Below are positions 42,774-50,985 of a DNA stretch of 64,000 nt, one piece after another; position 1 is the first letter of the stretch; the number at the start of each line of letters is the position of its first letter. The position numbers and the translations under genes are program-made. This stretch comes from Clostridia bacterium (GTDB taxonomy: Bacteria > Bacillota > Clostridia > UBA1381): NCBI GenBank assembly GCA_045658645.1, contig JAZOVJ010000054.1, positions 7,805 through 71,804 of the forward strand. Reading direction: 5' to 3'. The notes under the pieces were generated by a model. That model worked only from the letters and a program-made list of their open reading frames with translations, was not told where the DNA came from and searched no databases.

Positions 42774-44216
42774 ATGAGAGACAGACTAAACCTGACACTT
42801 TTAACGGACTTTTATGAGTTCACAATGTCTCACGGCTTCTTTGCCGAAGGTGTGGGAGACAGGATTGCATATTTTGATATGTTTTTCAGAACTGTTCCGT
42901 CAGACGGCGGATTTGCTATTATGGCAGGGGTTGAACAGCTTATTGAATACCTTAAAAATCTTAACTTCACGAAAGAGGATATTGAATATTTAAGAAGTAA
43001 AAATCTTTTCTCGGAAGAATACCTTAAATATCTTGAGAATTTTGAGTTCAAGTGCGATGTCTGGTGCATTCCTGAAGGCACACCGATATTCCCGAAAGAG
43101 CCTATCGTGGTGGTAAGAGGACCTATTGCGCAGGCACAGTTCATTGAAACGATGGTACTATTAACAATAAATCACCAGAGCCTTATCGCGACAAAGGCGG
43201 ACAGAATTGTGAGGGCTGCTGACGGAAGACCGGTAATGGAGTTTGGCTCAAGACGTGCGCAAGGCGCAGATGCTGCAATTTTAGGTGCAAGAGCCGCTTA
43301 TATCGGTGGATGTGTTGGAACTGCCTGTGCTATGGCGGATAGAGAATACGGCGTTCCGGCACTTGGAACAATGGCACACAGCTGGGTGCAGATGTTTGAC
43401 ACAGAGTATGACGCATTTTATGCATATGCTAAAAGATATCCTGATAACTGCACGCTTTTGGTAGACACCTATAATGTTTTAAAGTCGGGGATTCCGAATG
43501 CAATCCGTGTATTTGACGAGGTTCTAAAACCACTTGGAAAAAGACCGAAGGGTGTTCGTATTGACTCGGGTGATATTACTTATCTTTCTAAAAAGTGCAG
43601 AAAGATGCTTGATGATGCGGGATATCCTGATTGCGGAATTTGTGCATCAAACTCACTTGACGAATATATCATTAGAGATACTCTTATGCAGGGCGCAAAA
43701 ATAGACTCATTCGGCGTTGGCGAAAGGCTTATAACTTCAAAGGAATCACCTGTTTTCGGCGGTGTTTATAAGCTCGTTGCCGTTGAAGATGAAAACGGAG
43801 ATGTGACACCTAAAATAAAGGTTTCAGAAAATGTTGCAAAGATAACAACTCCGGGCTTCAAACAGGTTTACCGACTTTATTCAAAGGAATCGGGAGCGGC
43901 TATTGCAGATGTTATGACACTGTTTGATGAAGTTATAGATGCGGACGAGCCGTATGAACTTTTCGACCCCGAACATACATGGAAGAGAAAAAAGGTTACA
44001 GACTACTACGTAAGACCGCTTTTGAAACAGATTTTCAAAGAGGGAAAATGTGTTTATGAAAACCCTGATATCCACGTTCTTCGTGAGTACTGTAAGCTTG
44101 AAACAGAAAAGCTTTGGGACGAGGTTAAGAGATTTGAAAATCCGCACAAATACTACGTAGACCTATCACCAAGCTTGTGGAAGATGAAATACGATTTATT
44201 GGAGAAATTTCAGTAA
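42774..44216 (+). CDS. pncB: Nicotinate phosphoribosyltransferase
   Basis: 480 aa. TDFYEFTMSHGFF N-terminus, MEFGSRRAQG, and GTMAHSWVQ motifs. Confidence 0.9.
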   Translation: MRDRLNLTLLTDFYEFTMSHGFFAEGVGDRIAYFDMFFRTVPSDGGFAIMAGVEQLIEYLKNLNFTKEDIEYLRSKNLFSEEYLKYLENFEFKCDVWCIPEGTPIFPKEPIVVVRGPIAQAQFIETMVLLTINHQSLIATKADRIVRAADGRPVMEFGSRRAQGADAAILGARAAYIGGCVGTACAMADREYGVPALGTMAHSWVQMFDTEYDAFYAYAKRYPDNCTLLVDTYNVLKSGIPNAIRVFDEVLKPLGKRPKGVRIDSGDITYLSKKCRKMLDDAGYPDCGICASNSLDEYIIRDTLMQGAKIDSFGVGERLITSKESPVFGGVYKLVAVEDENGDVTPKIKVSENVAKITTPGFKQVYRLYSKESGAAIADVMTLFDEVIDADEPYELFDPEHTWKRKKVTDYYVRPLLKQIFKEGKCVYENPDIHVLREYCKLETEKLWDEVKRFENPHKYYVDLSPSLWKMKYDLLEKFQ

Positions 44217-45250
44217 TGGACACACTTATAATAAAGGACATAAACAGTCAAAACCTTGAGTTAGCAGGCAAAATAATCCGCAAGGGCGGTACAGTGTGTT
44301 TCCCGACAGAAACCGTGTACGGACTTGGCGCTTCTGCGTATGATGAGGATGCAATTGCCAAAATATACGAGGCAAAAGGAAGACCGTCCGACAATCCGCT
44401 TATTGTTCATATCCCTGATGTTTCAGAGGTGAAAAAGGTGGCGAGAGAAGTGCCTGATGCAGCAAAAAAACTGTTCGAGGCATTTGCGCCGGGACCTTTT
44501 ACCCTGATACTTAAAAAAAATCCTGAAATTGCGGACAGGGTTACGGCAGGTCTTGATACTGTAGGAGTAAGAATACCGTCACATCCTGTGGCACGTGATT
44601 TTCTTAAGGCAGCAGGCGTGCCTGTTGCGGCACCAAGCAGTAATATTTCGGGGAAGCCAAGCCCGACAAAAGCAGAACACGTAATTGCAGATATGAACGG
44701 CAGAGTTGATGCTATAATCTGTGGCGGAGCCTCCGAGGTTGGAGTTGAGTCCACAATAATTGATATGACAGACAAAGTGCCTGTTATATTAAGACCGGGC
44801 GGTATAACCCCTGAGGATATTAAACGCGTTTTGGGAGAGGTTAAAATTGACAGGCACGTTTTAGAGTCTGTGAATGTTAAAGAACAGCCCAAATGCCCGG
44901 GTATGAAGTACAAACACTATGCACCTGATGCGGATGTAACAGTTGTTTCGGGGGATATTGCTGATACTGAAAAGAAAATTTTGGAGCTTGTTTTAGAAGA
45001 AAAACAAAAAGGCAACCGTGTCGGCGTTCTTGCAAGATGCGATGCGGGATATGGTGCGGACGCATTCATATCATCAGGAAACGATAATTCAGAACTTGCG
45101 AAAGTGCTGTTTGATGCACTTCGTCAGTTTGACAAGGAAAATATTGATATCTGCTTTGTTCAGTTTACAGGCGATGGCGGAATAAGCCTTGCCGTTAAAA
45201 ACAGACTGTTTAAGGCGGCAGGGAACAAGGTAATATATACGGAGGAATAA
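44216..45250 (+). CDS. tsaC: L-threonylcarbamoyladenylate synthase (Sua5/YwlC type with C-terminal Sua5 domain)
   Basis: FPTETVYGLGA, RPSDNPLIVH and APSSNISGKPSPT motifs. The start overlaps the pncB stop (TAATG). Confidence 0.9.
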   Translation: MDTLIIKDINSQNLELAGKIIRKGGTVCFPTETVYGLGASAYDEDAIAKIYEAKGRPSDNPLIVHIPDVSEVKKVAREVPDAAKKLFEAFAPGPFTLILKKNPEIADRVTAGLDTVGVRIPSHPVARDFLKAAGVPVAAPSSNISGKPSPTKAEHVIADMNGRVDAIICGGASEVGVESTIIDMTDKVPVILRPGGITPEDIKRVLGEVKIDRHVLESVNVKEQPKCPGMKYKHYAPDADVTVVSGDIADTEKKILELVLEEKQKGNRVGVLARCDAGYGADAFISSGNDNSELAKVLFDALRQFDKENIDICFVQFTGDGGISLAVKNRLFKAAGNKVIYTEE

Positions 45251-45688
45251 ATGAACGTATTATTCGTATGCACAGGCAATACCTGCAGAAGCCCTATGGC
45301 AGCAGCTCTTTTTGATAAGATTGCGCAGGATAAGGATTTGCCGGTGAAAATTGAATCGGCAGGGCTTTATGCCAAGGACGGAGAGGGTGCATCGGCTGAG
45401 GCTATAGTTGCTATGAAAGCCTATGATATCGACCTTTTAGGGCATAGAGCAAAGACCATAAATGCAGAGCTTCTTGAAAGAAGCGACCTTGTTTTAACAA
45501 TGACAAATGCACATAAAATGGTTTTAGAACAGTATCTTCACGACAAGGTTTATACCCTTATGGAATTTGCAGGACTTTTAGGCGACATTCCTGACCCGTA
45601 CGGAAAAGATGCAGATGAATACAAAAAGTGTGCCGAAAGCATATATCAGGCACTTTTGAAGGTGGCGGAAAAATTTGAATATAGCTAA
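45251..45688 (+). CDS. ywlE: Low-molecular-weight protein arginine/tyrosine phosphatase (YwlE-like)
   Basis: CX5R(S/T) P-loop VCTGNTCRSPMA and a DP motif (DIPDPYG). Confidence 0.85.
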   Translation: MNVLFVCTGNTCRSPMAAALFDKIAQDKDLPVKIESAGLYAKDGEGASAEAIVAMKAYDIDLLGHRAKTINAELLERSDLVLTMTNAHKMVLEQYLHDKVYTLMEFAGLLGDIPDPYGKDADEYKKCAESIYQALLKVAEKFEYS

Positions 45689-46106
45689 AGCGACAATCAA
45701 AGATGCGAAAGAGCTGGCAGTCTTGGACCAGCTTTGCTTTGCGGTTCCCTGGTCAGAAAAATCATTTTGCGAAGAACTTAAAAACCCTTTGGCGACATAC
45801 TTTGTGGCAAAGGAAAACGGGGAAATCATAAGCTATGGCGGGATATGGAACGTGTCGGGAGAAGGACAGATTACCAACATTGCAGTCCATCCTGATATGC
45901 GAAAAAAAGGCATAGCATCAAAGATTTTAGAAGAGTTGATTAAAACTGCAGAATCTTGCGAAAAGATTTTTCTTGAGGTAAGAGTGAGTAATATTGCCGC
46001 AATAAGCCTTTATGAAAAGTACGGCTTTAAAAGGTGCGGCGTCAGAAAGAATTTTTACCATTCACCGCAAGAAGACGGAATTATAATGATACGAGAGGAA
46101 ATGTAA
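45675..46106 (+). CDS. rimI: Ribosomal-protein-alanine N-acetyltransferase (GNAT)
   Basis: GNAT motif [15 protein letters not shown]. It lies directly upstream of tsaD. TTG start. Confidence 0.8.
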   Translation: MNIAKATIKDAKELAVLDQLCFAVPWSEKSFCEELKNPLATYFVAKENGEIISYGGIWNVSGEGQITNIAVHPDMRKKGIASKILEELIKTAESCEKIFLEVRVSNIAAISLYEKYGFKRCGVRKNFYHSPQEDGIIMIREEM

Positions 46107-47113
46107 TGGACACATATATTCTTGGTATTGAAAGCTCCTGTGACGAAACAGCAGCGAGCGTTGTTAAAAACGGCAGAGAAGTTTTGTCAAACGTTATAAA
46201 TACACAGATTGATATACATAAAAAATATGGCGGAGTTGTGCCTGAAATTGCGTCAAGAAAGCATATTGAGAACATTGATGCGGTAATAGACGAGGCACTT
46301 TCAAAGTCGGGAAAAACTCTTGACGATATAGATGCAATAGCCGTAACAAACGGACCGGGACTTGTTGGTGCGCTTTTAGTCGGGGTTTCCGAGGCAAAGG
46401 CTTTGGCTTATGCGAAAGGACTTCCGCTTGTGCCTGTTCATCATATAAGAGGACACATAACAGCAAACTTTTTGGCACATAAGGAGTTAGAACCGCCTTT
46501 TGTATGCCTTGTAGCATCGGGCGGACACTCACATATAGTAAATGTGAAAAGCTATACCGATTTTGAGGTTTTGGGTCGCACCCGTGACGATGCGGCAGGT
46601 GAGGCCTTTGATAAAATTGCAAGGGTATTAGGGCTGGGATATCCGGGCGGACCGCTTGTTGACAAGCTTGCCAAAGAGGGTAACCCGAAAGCCATAGACT
46701 TCCCGAGAGTCAAAATGGATAAGGATTCTCTGGACTTTAGTTTTTCAGGCGTAAAAACTGCGGTTATTAACTATATCCATAAGCTTGAGCAGAACGGACA
46801 GGAGATAAACCGAGCCGATGTTGCGGCAAGCTTTCAGGATGCAGTGACAGATGCCCTTTGTGAGCATACGATTGAGGGCGCAAAAAGAGTTGGTGCAAAG
46901 ACCGTTGCTATTGCAGGCGGCGTTGCGGCAAACTCTGAACTGCGTTACAAGATGACGAAAGAATGTGAAAAGTTCGGCATAAACGTGGTGTATCCACCGC
47001 CGGTACTTTGCACAGATAATGCTGCCATGATTGCAGCGGCAGGGTATTATTCATATATGGAAGGCGTAAGGGCTGACCTTGACCTTAATGCAATACCAAA
47101 CCTGCCACTATAA
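46106..47113 (+). CDS. tsaD: tRNA N6-adenosine threonylcarbamoyltransferase
   Basis: [22 protein letters not shown] and GYPGGP motifs. The start overlaps the rimI stop (TAATG). Confidence 0.95.
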   Translation: MDTYILGIESSCDETAASVVKNGREVLSNVINTQIDIHKKYGGVVPEIASRKHIENIDAVIDEALSKSGKTLDDIDAIAVTNGPGLVGALLVGVSEAKALAYAKGLPLVPVHHIRGHITANFLAHKELEPPFVCLVASGGHSHIVNVKSYTDFEVLGRTRDDAAGEAFDKIARVLGLGYPGGPLVDKLAKEGNPKAIDFPRVKMDKDSLDFSFSGVKTAVINYIHKLEQNGQEINRADVAASFQDAVTDALCEHTIEGAKRVGAKTVAIAGGVAANSELRYKMTKECEKFGINVVYPPPVLCTDNAAMIAAAGYYSYMEGVRADLDLNAIPNLPL

Positions 47114-47134
47114 AATTTTAGCGGAGAGAAAAAT

Positions 47135-48931
47135 ATGCAGGATAAAATCAGAAATTTTTGTATAATAGCACATATTGACCACGGTAAGTCTACGCTTGCT
47201 GACCGTCTTTTAGAGCTTACGGGAGAAGTGAGCGAAAGAGATATGGAGGAGCAACTTTTAGACGATATGGACCTTGAGCGTGAGCGTGGAATTACCATAA
47301 AGGCGCACGCAGTTAAGCTTAACTATAAGGCAAATGACGGCGAGGAATATACTCTTAACCTTATCGATACACCGGGACACGTGGACTTTAACTATGAAGT
47401 ATCACGAAGCCTTGCGGCGTGCGAGGGTGCAATTTTGATTGTGGACGCATCTCAGGGTATTGAAGCACAGACTCTTGCCAATACGTATATTGCGGTGGAG
47501 CATGACCTTGAAATTGTGCCGGTGATAAACAAGATTGACTTACCGAGCGCAAATCCTGAAAATGCAATAAAGGAAATTGAAGATATAATCGGAATACCGG
47601 CAGAAGATGCACCGAGGGTTTCTGCAAAAACAGGACTTAATGTTGAACAGGTTTTAGAGGCCATTGTTGAGAAAATTCCGGCACCTCAGGGTGATGCAAA
47701 TGCACCTTTAAAGTGCCTTATCTTTGATTCATACTACGATAGCTACAAGGGTGTTATTGTGTATGTTCGTGTAAAGGACGGAACGCTAAAAGCGGGGGAC
47801 AGAATAAGAATGATGGCAACGGGAGCGGAGTTTGACGTTGTTGAAGTCGGAACAATGCATCCGTCAGGCTTAAAGCAGACAGCAAAGCTTTCAGCGGGTG
47901 ATGTTGGATATATTGCGGCAAGCATTAAGTCAATCCGTGACACACGTGTGGGTGATACTGTAACAACTTGCAAGAACCCTGCGACAGAACCGCTTGCGGG
48001 ATATAAGAAGGTTAACCCAATGGTATACTGCGGTATTTATCCGGCAGATGGCGCACAATACGAGGACTTAAAGGAGGCTCTTGCAAAGTTACAGCTTAAT
48101 GATGCATCGCTTATGTTTGAGCCTGAAACATCAATTGCATTGGGGTTTGGCTTCAGATGTGGATTTTTGGGACTTCTTCATATGGAAATTATTCAGGAGC
48201 GTTTGGAAAGGGAATATAATCTTGACCTTGTAACAACAGCGCCGAGCGTTATATATAAGGTACACAAAACAGGCGGAGAGGTTGAGATGATTTCAAACCC
48301 TGCAAACCTGCCTGCACCGACAGAGATTAACTATATGGAAGAACCGATGGTTAAGGCGGACATAATGGTGCCGGTTGACTTTGTTGGTAACGTTATGGAG
48401 CTTTGCCAGGAAAGACGAGGCATATTCAAGAATATGACCTATATTGAAACAACACGTGCGCAAATTCATTACGATTTGCCGCTTAACGAAATAATCTATG
48501 ATTTCTTTGACGCACTGAAATCTCGTACGAAGGGTTATGCGTCATTTGACTATGAATTAAAAGAGTATATGCGGTCAGACCTTGTGAAACTTGATATGCT
48601 CCTAAACGGCGAACAGGTGGACGCACTTTCCTTTATAGTTCATAAGGACAGTGCATATTCACGAGGCAGAAAAATGGCGGAAAAGCTTAAGGAAGCAATT
48701 CCGCGACAGTTGTTCGAGGTGCCTATTCAGGCGGCGATAGGGTCAAAAATTATCGCAAGAGAAACTGTTAAAGCTATGCGAAAAGACGTGCTTGCCAAGT
48801 GTTATGGTGGTGATATTACCCGAAAGAAGAAGCTTTTGGAAAAGCAGAAAGAGGGTAAAAAACGTATGCGTCAGGTGGGAAATGTGGAAATTCCGCAGGA
48901 AGCATTTATGTCCGTGTTAAAGTTAGACTAA
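47135..48931 (+). CDS. lepA: Elongation factor 4
   Basis: [25 protein letters not shown] and NKIDL motifs, and the LepA-specific C-terminal domain. Length is 598 aa. Confidence 0.97.
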   Translation: MQDKIRNFCIIAHIDHGKSTLADRLLELTGEVSERDMEEQLLDDMDLERERGITIKAHAVKLNYKANDGEEYTLNLIDTPGHVDFNYEVSRSLAACEGAILIVDASQGIEAQTLANTYIAVEHDLEIVPVINKIDLPSANPENAIKEIEDIIGIPAEDAPRVSAKTGLNVEQVLEAIVEKIPAPQGDANAPLKCLIFDSYYDSYKGVIVYVRVKDGTLKAGDRIRMMATGAEFDVVEVGTMHPSGLKQTAKLSAGDVGYIAASIKSIRDTRVGDTVTTCKNPATEPLAGYKKVNPMVYCGIYPADGAQYEDLKEALAKLQLNDASLMFEPETSIALGFGFRCGFLGLLHMEIIQERLEREYNLDLVTTAPSVIYKVHKTGGEVEMISNPANLPAPTEINYMEEPMVKADIMVPVDFVGNVMELCQERRGIFKNMTYIETTRAQIHYDLPLNEIIYDFFDALKSRTKGYASFDYELKEYMRSDLVKLDMLLNGEQVDALSFIVHKDSAYSRGRKMAEKLKEAIPRQLFEVPIQAAIGSKIIARETVKAMRKDVLAKCYGGDITRKKKLLEKQKEGKKRMRQVGNVEIPQEAFMSVLKLD

Positions 48932-48933
48932 TA

Positions 48934-48966
48934 AAAAAATTCCGACACTGTTGTGTCGGTTTTTTT
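48934..48966. terminator. Bidirectional terminator (lepA / flavodoxin-like gene)
   Basis: An A7 run, then CCGACAC-TGTT-GTGTCGG, then a T7 run. Confidence 0.8.
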
Positions 48967-49492
48967 ATGCTTTTGCATATTCAACAAGCTCAGTTATCAG
49001 GTTCTTATCTGAAAGGTCAGCGTCAATGTCGCAAAGGGTAACAAGCATTTTTTCCATATCGGTTGGGTTTTCCTTTTTAGACATAATGTTCTTAAGGGTT
49101 TTTATTGCCGTTCTATGTACTAAAGAAAGCTCTTTATACACCATTTTGCCGGGGAAATTAAAGATTTTAACCTTATCTTTGGTGTTGCCCTTGAAGTTCT
49201 TTTCAAGAACCATACCGTCATAGTATTCACGGCAGTCGGTCGGGGTAAGACCTGTTGTGAAAACAATAAGTTTTTTGCGGGAAAGTTTTTCGATATTCTT
49301 GGTTATAAGACTTACGCCGGCGATTATTTCGGCATAAAGACCGCCGCCGTAGATAATGGTATCATAATCCCTTAAGATGTCAGCATCAACGCCTTTAGCG
49401 TCCATTACTTCGCAGGAAAGCGCCTCTGCAATCCACTGTGCATAGCTTTTTGTTGAGCCGTATTTTGAACGGTATAAAACGATAGATTTCAT
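48965..49492 (-). CDS. Flavodoxin-domain protein
   Basis: 175 aa. MKSIVLYRSKYGSTKSYAQWIAE matches the FMN-binding T/S-x-T-G-x-T-type N-terminus. It has an alpha/beta pattern. Confidence 0.7.
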   Translation of the reverse strand: MKSIVLYRSKYGSTKSYAQWIAEALSCEVMDAKGVDADILRDYDTIIYGGGLYAEIIAGVSLITKNIEKLSRKKLIVFTTGLTPTDCREYYDGMVLEKNFKGNTKDKVKIFNFPGKMVYKELSLVHRTAIKTLKNIMSKKENPTDMEKMLVTLCDIDADLSDKNLITELVEYAKA

Positions 49493-49532
49493 AATTTTTG
49501 CCTTTCTTATTTATTTTTAAAGTATATTAAAA

Positions 49533-50225
49533 TTACTTCAAAAACATTCCCAAAATGTAAATAACAACAAGGTGTAGTGGGTAGTAGATATAAAAGAAAT
49601 TTTTCATACGCCATTTGCCTCGTGTACCGTTATATAACAAAACAATGGGCAGGGCAAGCAACGAGAACAACTGCAGTGTACCAAGGGTTGGTGCCAAAAG
49701 CAAAAGACCCATTGCTAAAAGGAATATTTTTTCCTGATTTGTTTTGCCAAGATACACAAGGAAAGGAAGCATTACGCCGTAAAAACCGTAATCAACGGCA
49801 AATCCCCGCCCGATTCGTGACGGAAGGATAAAGCAGATGAAAAATACCAGAATCAATACGGCTGTTGCAAGCAGGTAACTGAAGAAATTTCTTGTTTTCT
49901 TGGCAAAATCAAAGGTATAGATTACCAATGCTGAAAGAGTCAGGGTAATCAGTATGTTTTGATACAAGGATTTGGTCACGTAAGTATACACTGCCTGACA
50001 CAAAACCGCAAAAAGACATAGAACAAAGAAATGTCTTGAACGGTTTTTTGTGTATTTGCAACCCTCTGCAAAGGTGAAGGCGAAAATAGGGAACGCAAGG
50101 CGCCCGATTATGCGGAAAATTTGCACGCCGGGGAACAGGTATAGCCCAACGTGGTCAATGGTCATAAAAATGACCGCCAAAATCTTAAGCTGATTTCCTG
50201 ATAATCCTAAAATACTTTTACTCAT
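49533..50225 (-). CDS. TraX-family membrane protein
   Basis: Start taken at MSKSILGLSGNQLKILAVIFMTIDH (AAAGGAG RBS). It is polytopic, and the LKxxAxxxMxxDH N-terminal motif is typical of TraX. Confidence 0.75.
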   Translation of the reverse strand: MSKSILGLSGNQLKILAVIFMTIDHVGLYLFPGVQIFRIIGRLAFPIFAFTFAEGCKYTKNRSRHFFVLCLFAVLCQAVYTYVTKSLYQNILITLTLSALVIYTFDFAKKTRNFFSYLLATAVLILVFFICFILPSRIGRGFAVDYGFYGVMLPFLVYLGKTNQEKIFLLAMGLLLLAPTLGTLQLFSLLALPIVLLYNGTRGKWRMKNFFYIYYPLHLVVIYILGMFLK

Positions 50226-50245
50226 AAAAACTCCTTTAACGCCAA

Positions 50246-50599
50246 TTATTCCTTCCCTTTGTTTTTCGCCGTTGTAACCGATGCAATAAGTTTTCTTCTT
50301 ATTGTTCCGCACTTGTTAATCGATGATTTATATGTGCTTTCATCAATCTTATTCTTACGATATAATAATTCTAACCAATACTCAGTTTCAAAGCTCTCTT
50401 TTAATGCAATTTCTAATTTGTTTATAAAATCTGCCTTGCTTTGAGCATATTTTGCTTCGTGAAGATTTGCACCGATCGAAGAGGAGCATCTTAATAGTTG
50501 ATTTACATAAACAGAACACCCATTGATGTTGTCGCAAATATCGGATATTTCGATTGCAAAATTTATGGTGTCCTCTCTTAATAAGTTTTTCTGATCCAT
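50246..50599 (-). CDS. Four-helix-bundle protein (TIGR02436 / 23S rRNA intervening-sequence protein family; the DGR Avd proteins are structural relatives)
   Basis: 117 aa. NQLLRCSSSIGANLHEAKYAQSKADFINKLEIALKESFETEYWLELL is the family core motif. AAAGGAG RBS. It lies 20 nt upstream of the TraX gene. Confidence 0.8.
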   Translation of the reverse strand: MDQKNLLREDTINFAIEISDICDNINGCSVYVNQLLRCSSSIGANLHEAKYAQSKADFINKLEIALKESFETEYWLELLYRKNKIDESTYKSSINKCGTIRRKLIASVTTAKNKGKE

Positions 50600-50615
50600 A
50601 ATCTATTCTCCTTTG

Positions 50616-50792
50616 TCGATATACACGCTTTGCGTGTTCGATATATTTTGCTTCGCAAAATTCGATATAACCTCGCTATGCTCGGTTTCGATATGATATA
50701 AATCTCGTTGCCGTAAGGCAACATATCGAGCCGTCAGGCATATCGAGTTCCTATGGAACATATCGAAAATCCCGCGAGAGATTTATATCGAT
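50616..50792. repeat. Array of 8 heptamers: 4x (T)TCGATAT, then 4x the inverted ATATCGA(A), with each interval itself a different short hairpin
   Basis: The plus-strand heptamers start at 50616, 50638, 50662, 50688, then 50723, 50740, 50760, 50785. The spacers are hairpins: CACGC-TTT-GCGTG, TTTTGC-TTC-GCAAAA, GTTGCC-GTAA-GGCAAC, GCC-GTCA-GGC, GTTCC-TAT-GGAAC and AAATC-N8-GATTT. There is a 12-nt long-range complement between 50695-50706 and 50778-50789. No ORF covers the region. Confidence 0.8.
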
Positions 50793-50824
50793 GAATCTGT
50801 CTGCACAAAAAGTGCGACAGATTC
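50793..50824. other. 13-bp stem-loop flanking the heptamer array
   Basis: GAATCTGTC(T)GCAC-AAAAA-GTGCGACAGATTC with one bulged base. No adjacent U-run on either strand. Confidence 0.7.
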
Positions 50825-50934
50825 GACGTGATACCCTTTGTACAAACTTGTGGTGTCGTGCCATAAAGCCATATGTATCAAGGAATTGTGCCAATTTATA
50901 ACTTTGCAAGATTTAGCAAATTTTATCCGTTTGA

Positions 50935-50979
50935 GACCACTCAATCAAGGAAGAAATCAACTCCTCCGATTGAGTGGTC
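50935..50979 (-). terminator. Long-stem hairpin 7 nt beyond the stop of the scaffoldin-like gene (possible terminator or processing site)
   Basis: A 12-bp perfect stem, GACCACTCAATC / GATTGAGTGGTC, with a 21-nt loop. The downstream U-tract is poor. Confidence 0.4.
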
Positions 50980-50985
50980 GAGTTG

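Noticed and set aside
50226-50312. N-terminal extensions suggested by the longest-ORF track: TraX 50312, tex 4351, murE 8690, glgB 22744, tsaC 44177, tsaD 46034, ymdB 24673, mraZ 4453, the giant protein 59116, the PepSY protein 18380, and the MFS gene 38645.
   Set aside because: In each case an internal start is preceded by a proper GGAGG-type RBS, or overlaps the upstream stop as TAATG. The internal start also aligns with the conserved N-terminus or signal peptide of the family. The extensions overlap upstream genes or lack an RBS.
50616-50792. A CRISPR array or iteron-type replication origin.
   Set aside because: The repeat unit is only 7-8 nt, whereas CRISPR repeats are 23-50 nt. The polarity flips halfway, there are no cas or rep genes nearby, and the spacing (17-26 nt) is not helically phased as iterons usually are.
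50783-50872. A 29-codon minus-strand ORF (MALWHDTTSLYKGYHVESVALFVQTDSSI) inside the intergenic region.
   Set aside because: There is no Shine-Dalgarno sequence upstream. It runs through the 13-bp hairpin and into the heptamer array. It is most likely a chance ORF.
50883-50900. A sigma-54 promoter on the minus strand (TTGGCACAATTCCTTGAT).
   Set aside because: The -24 TGGCAC is good. The -12 element is TTGA rather than TTGC and is displaced by 1 nt from the canonical GG-N10-GC spacing. No enhancer-binding-protein gene lies nearby.
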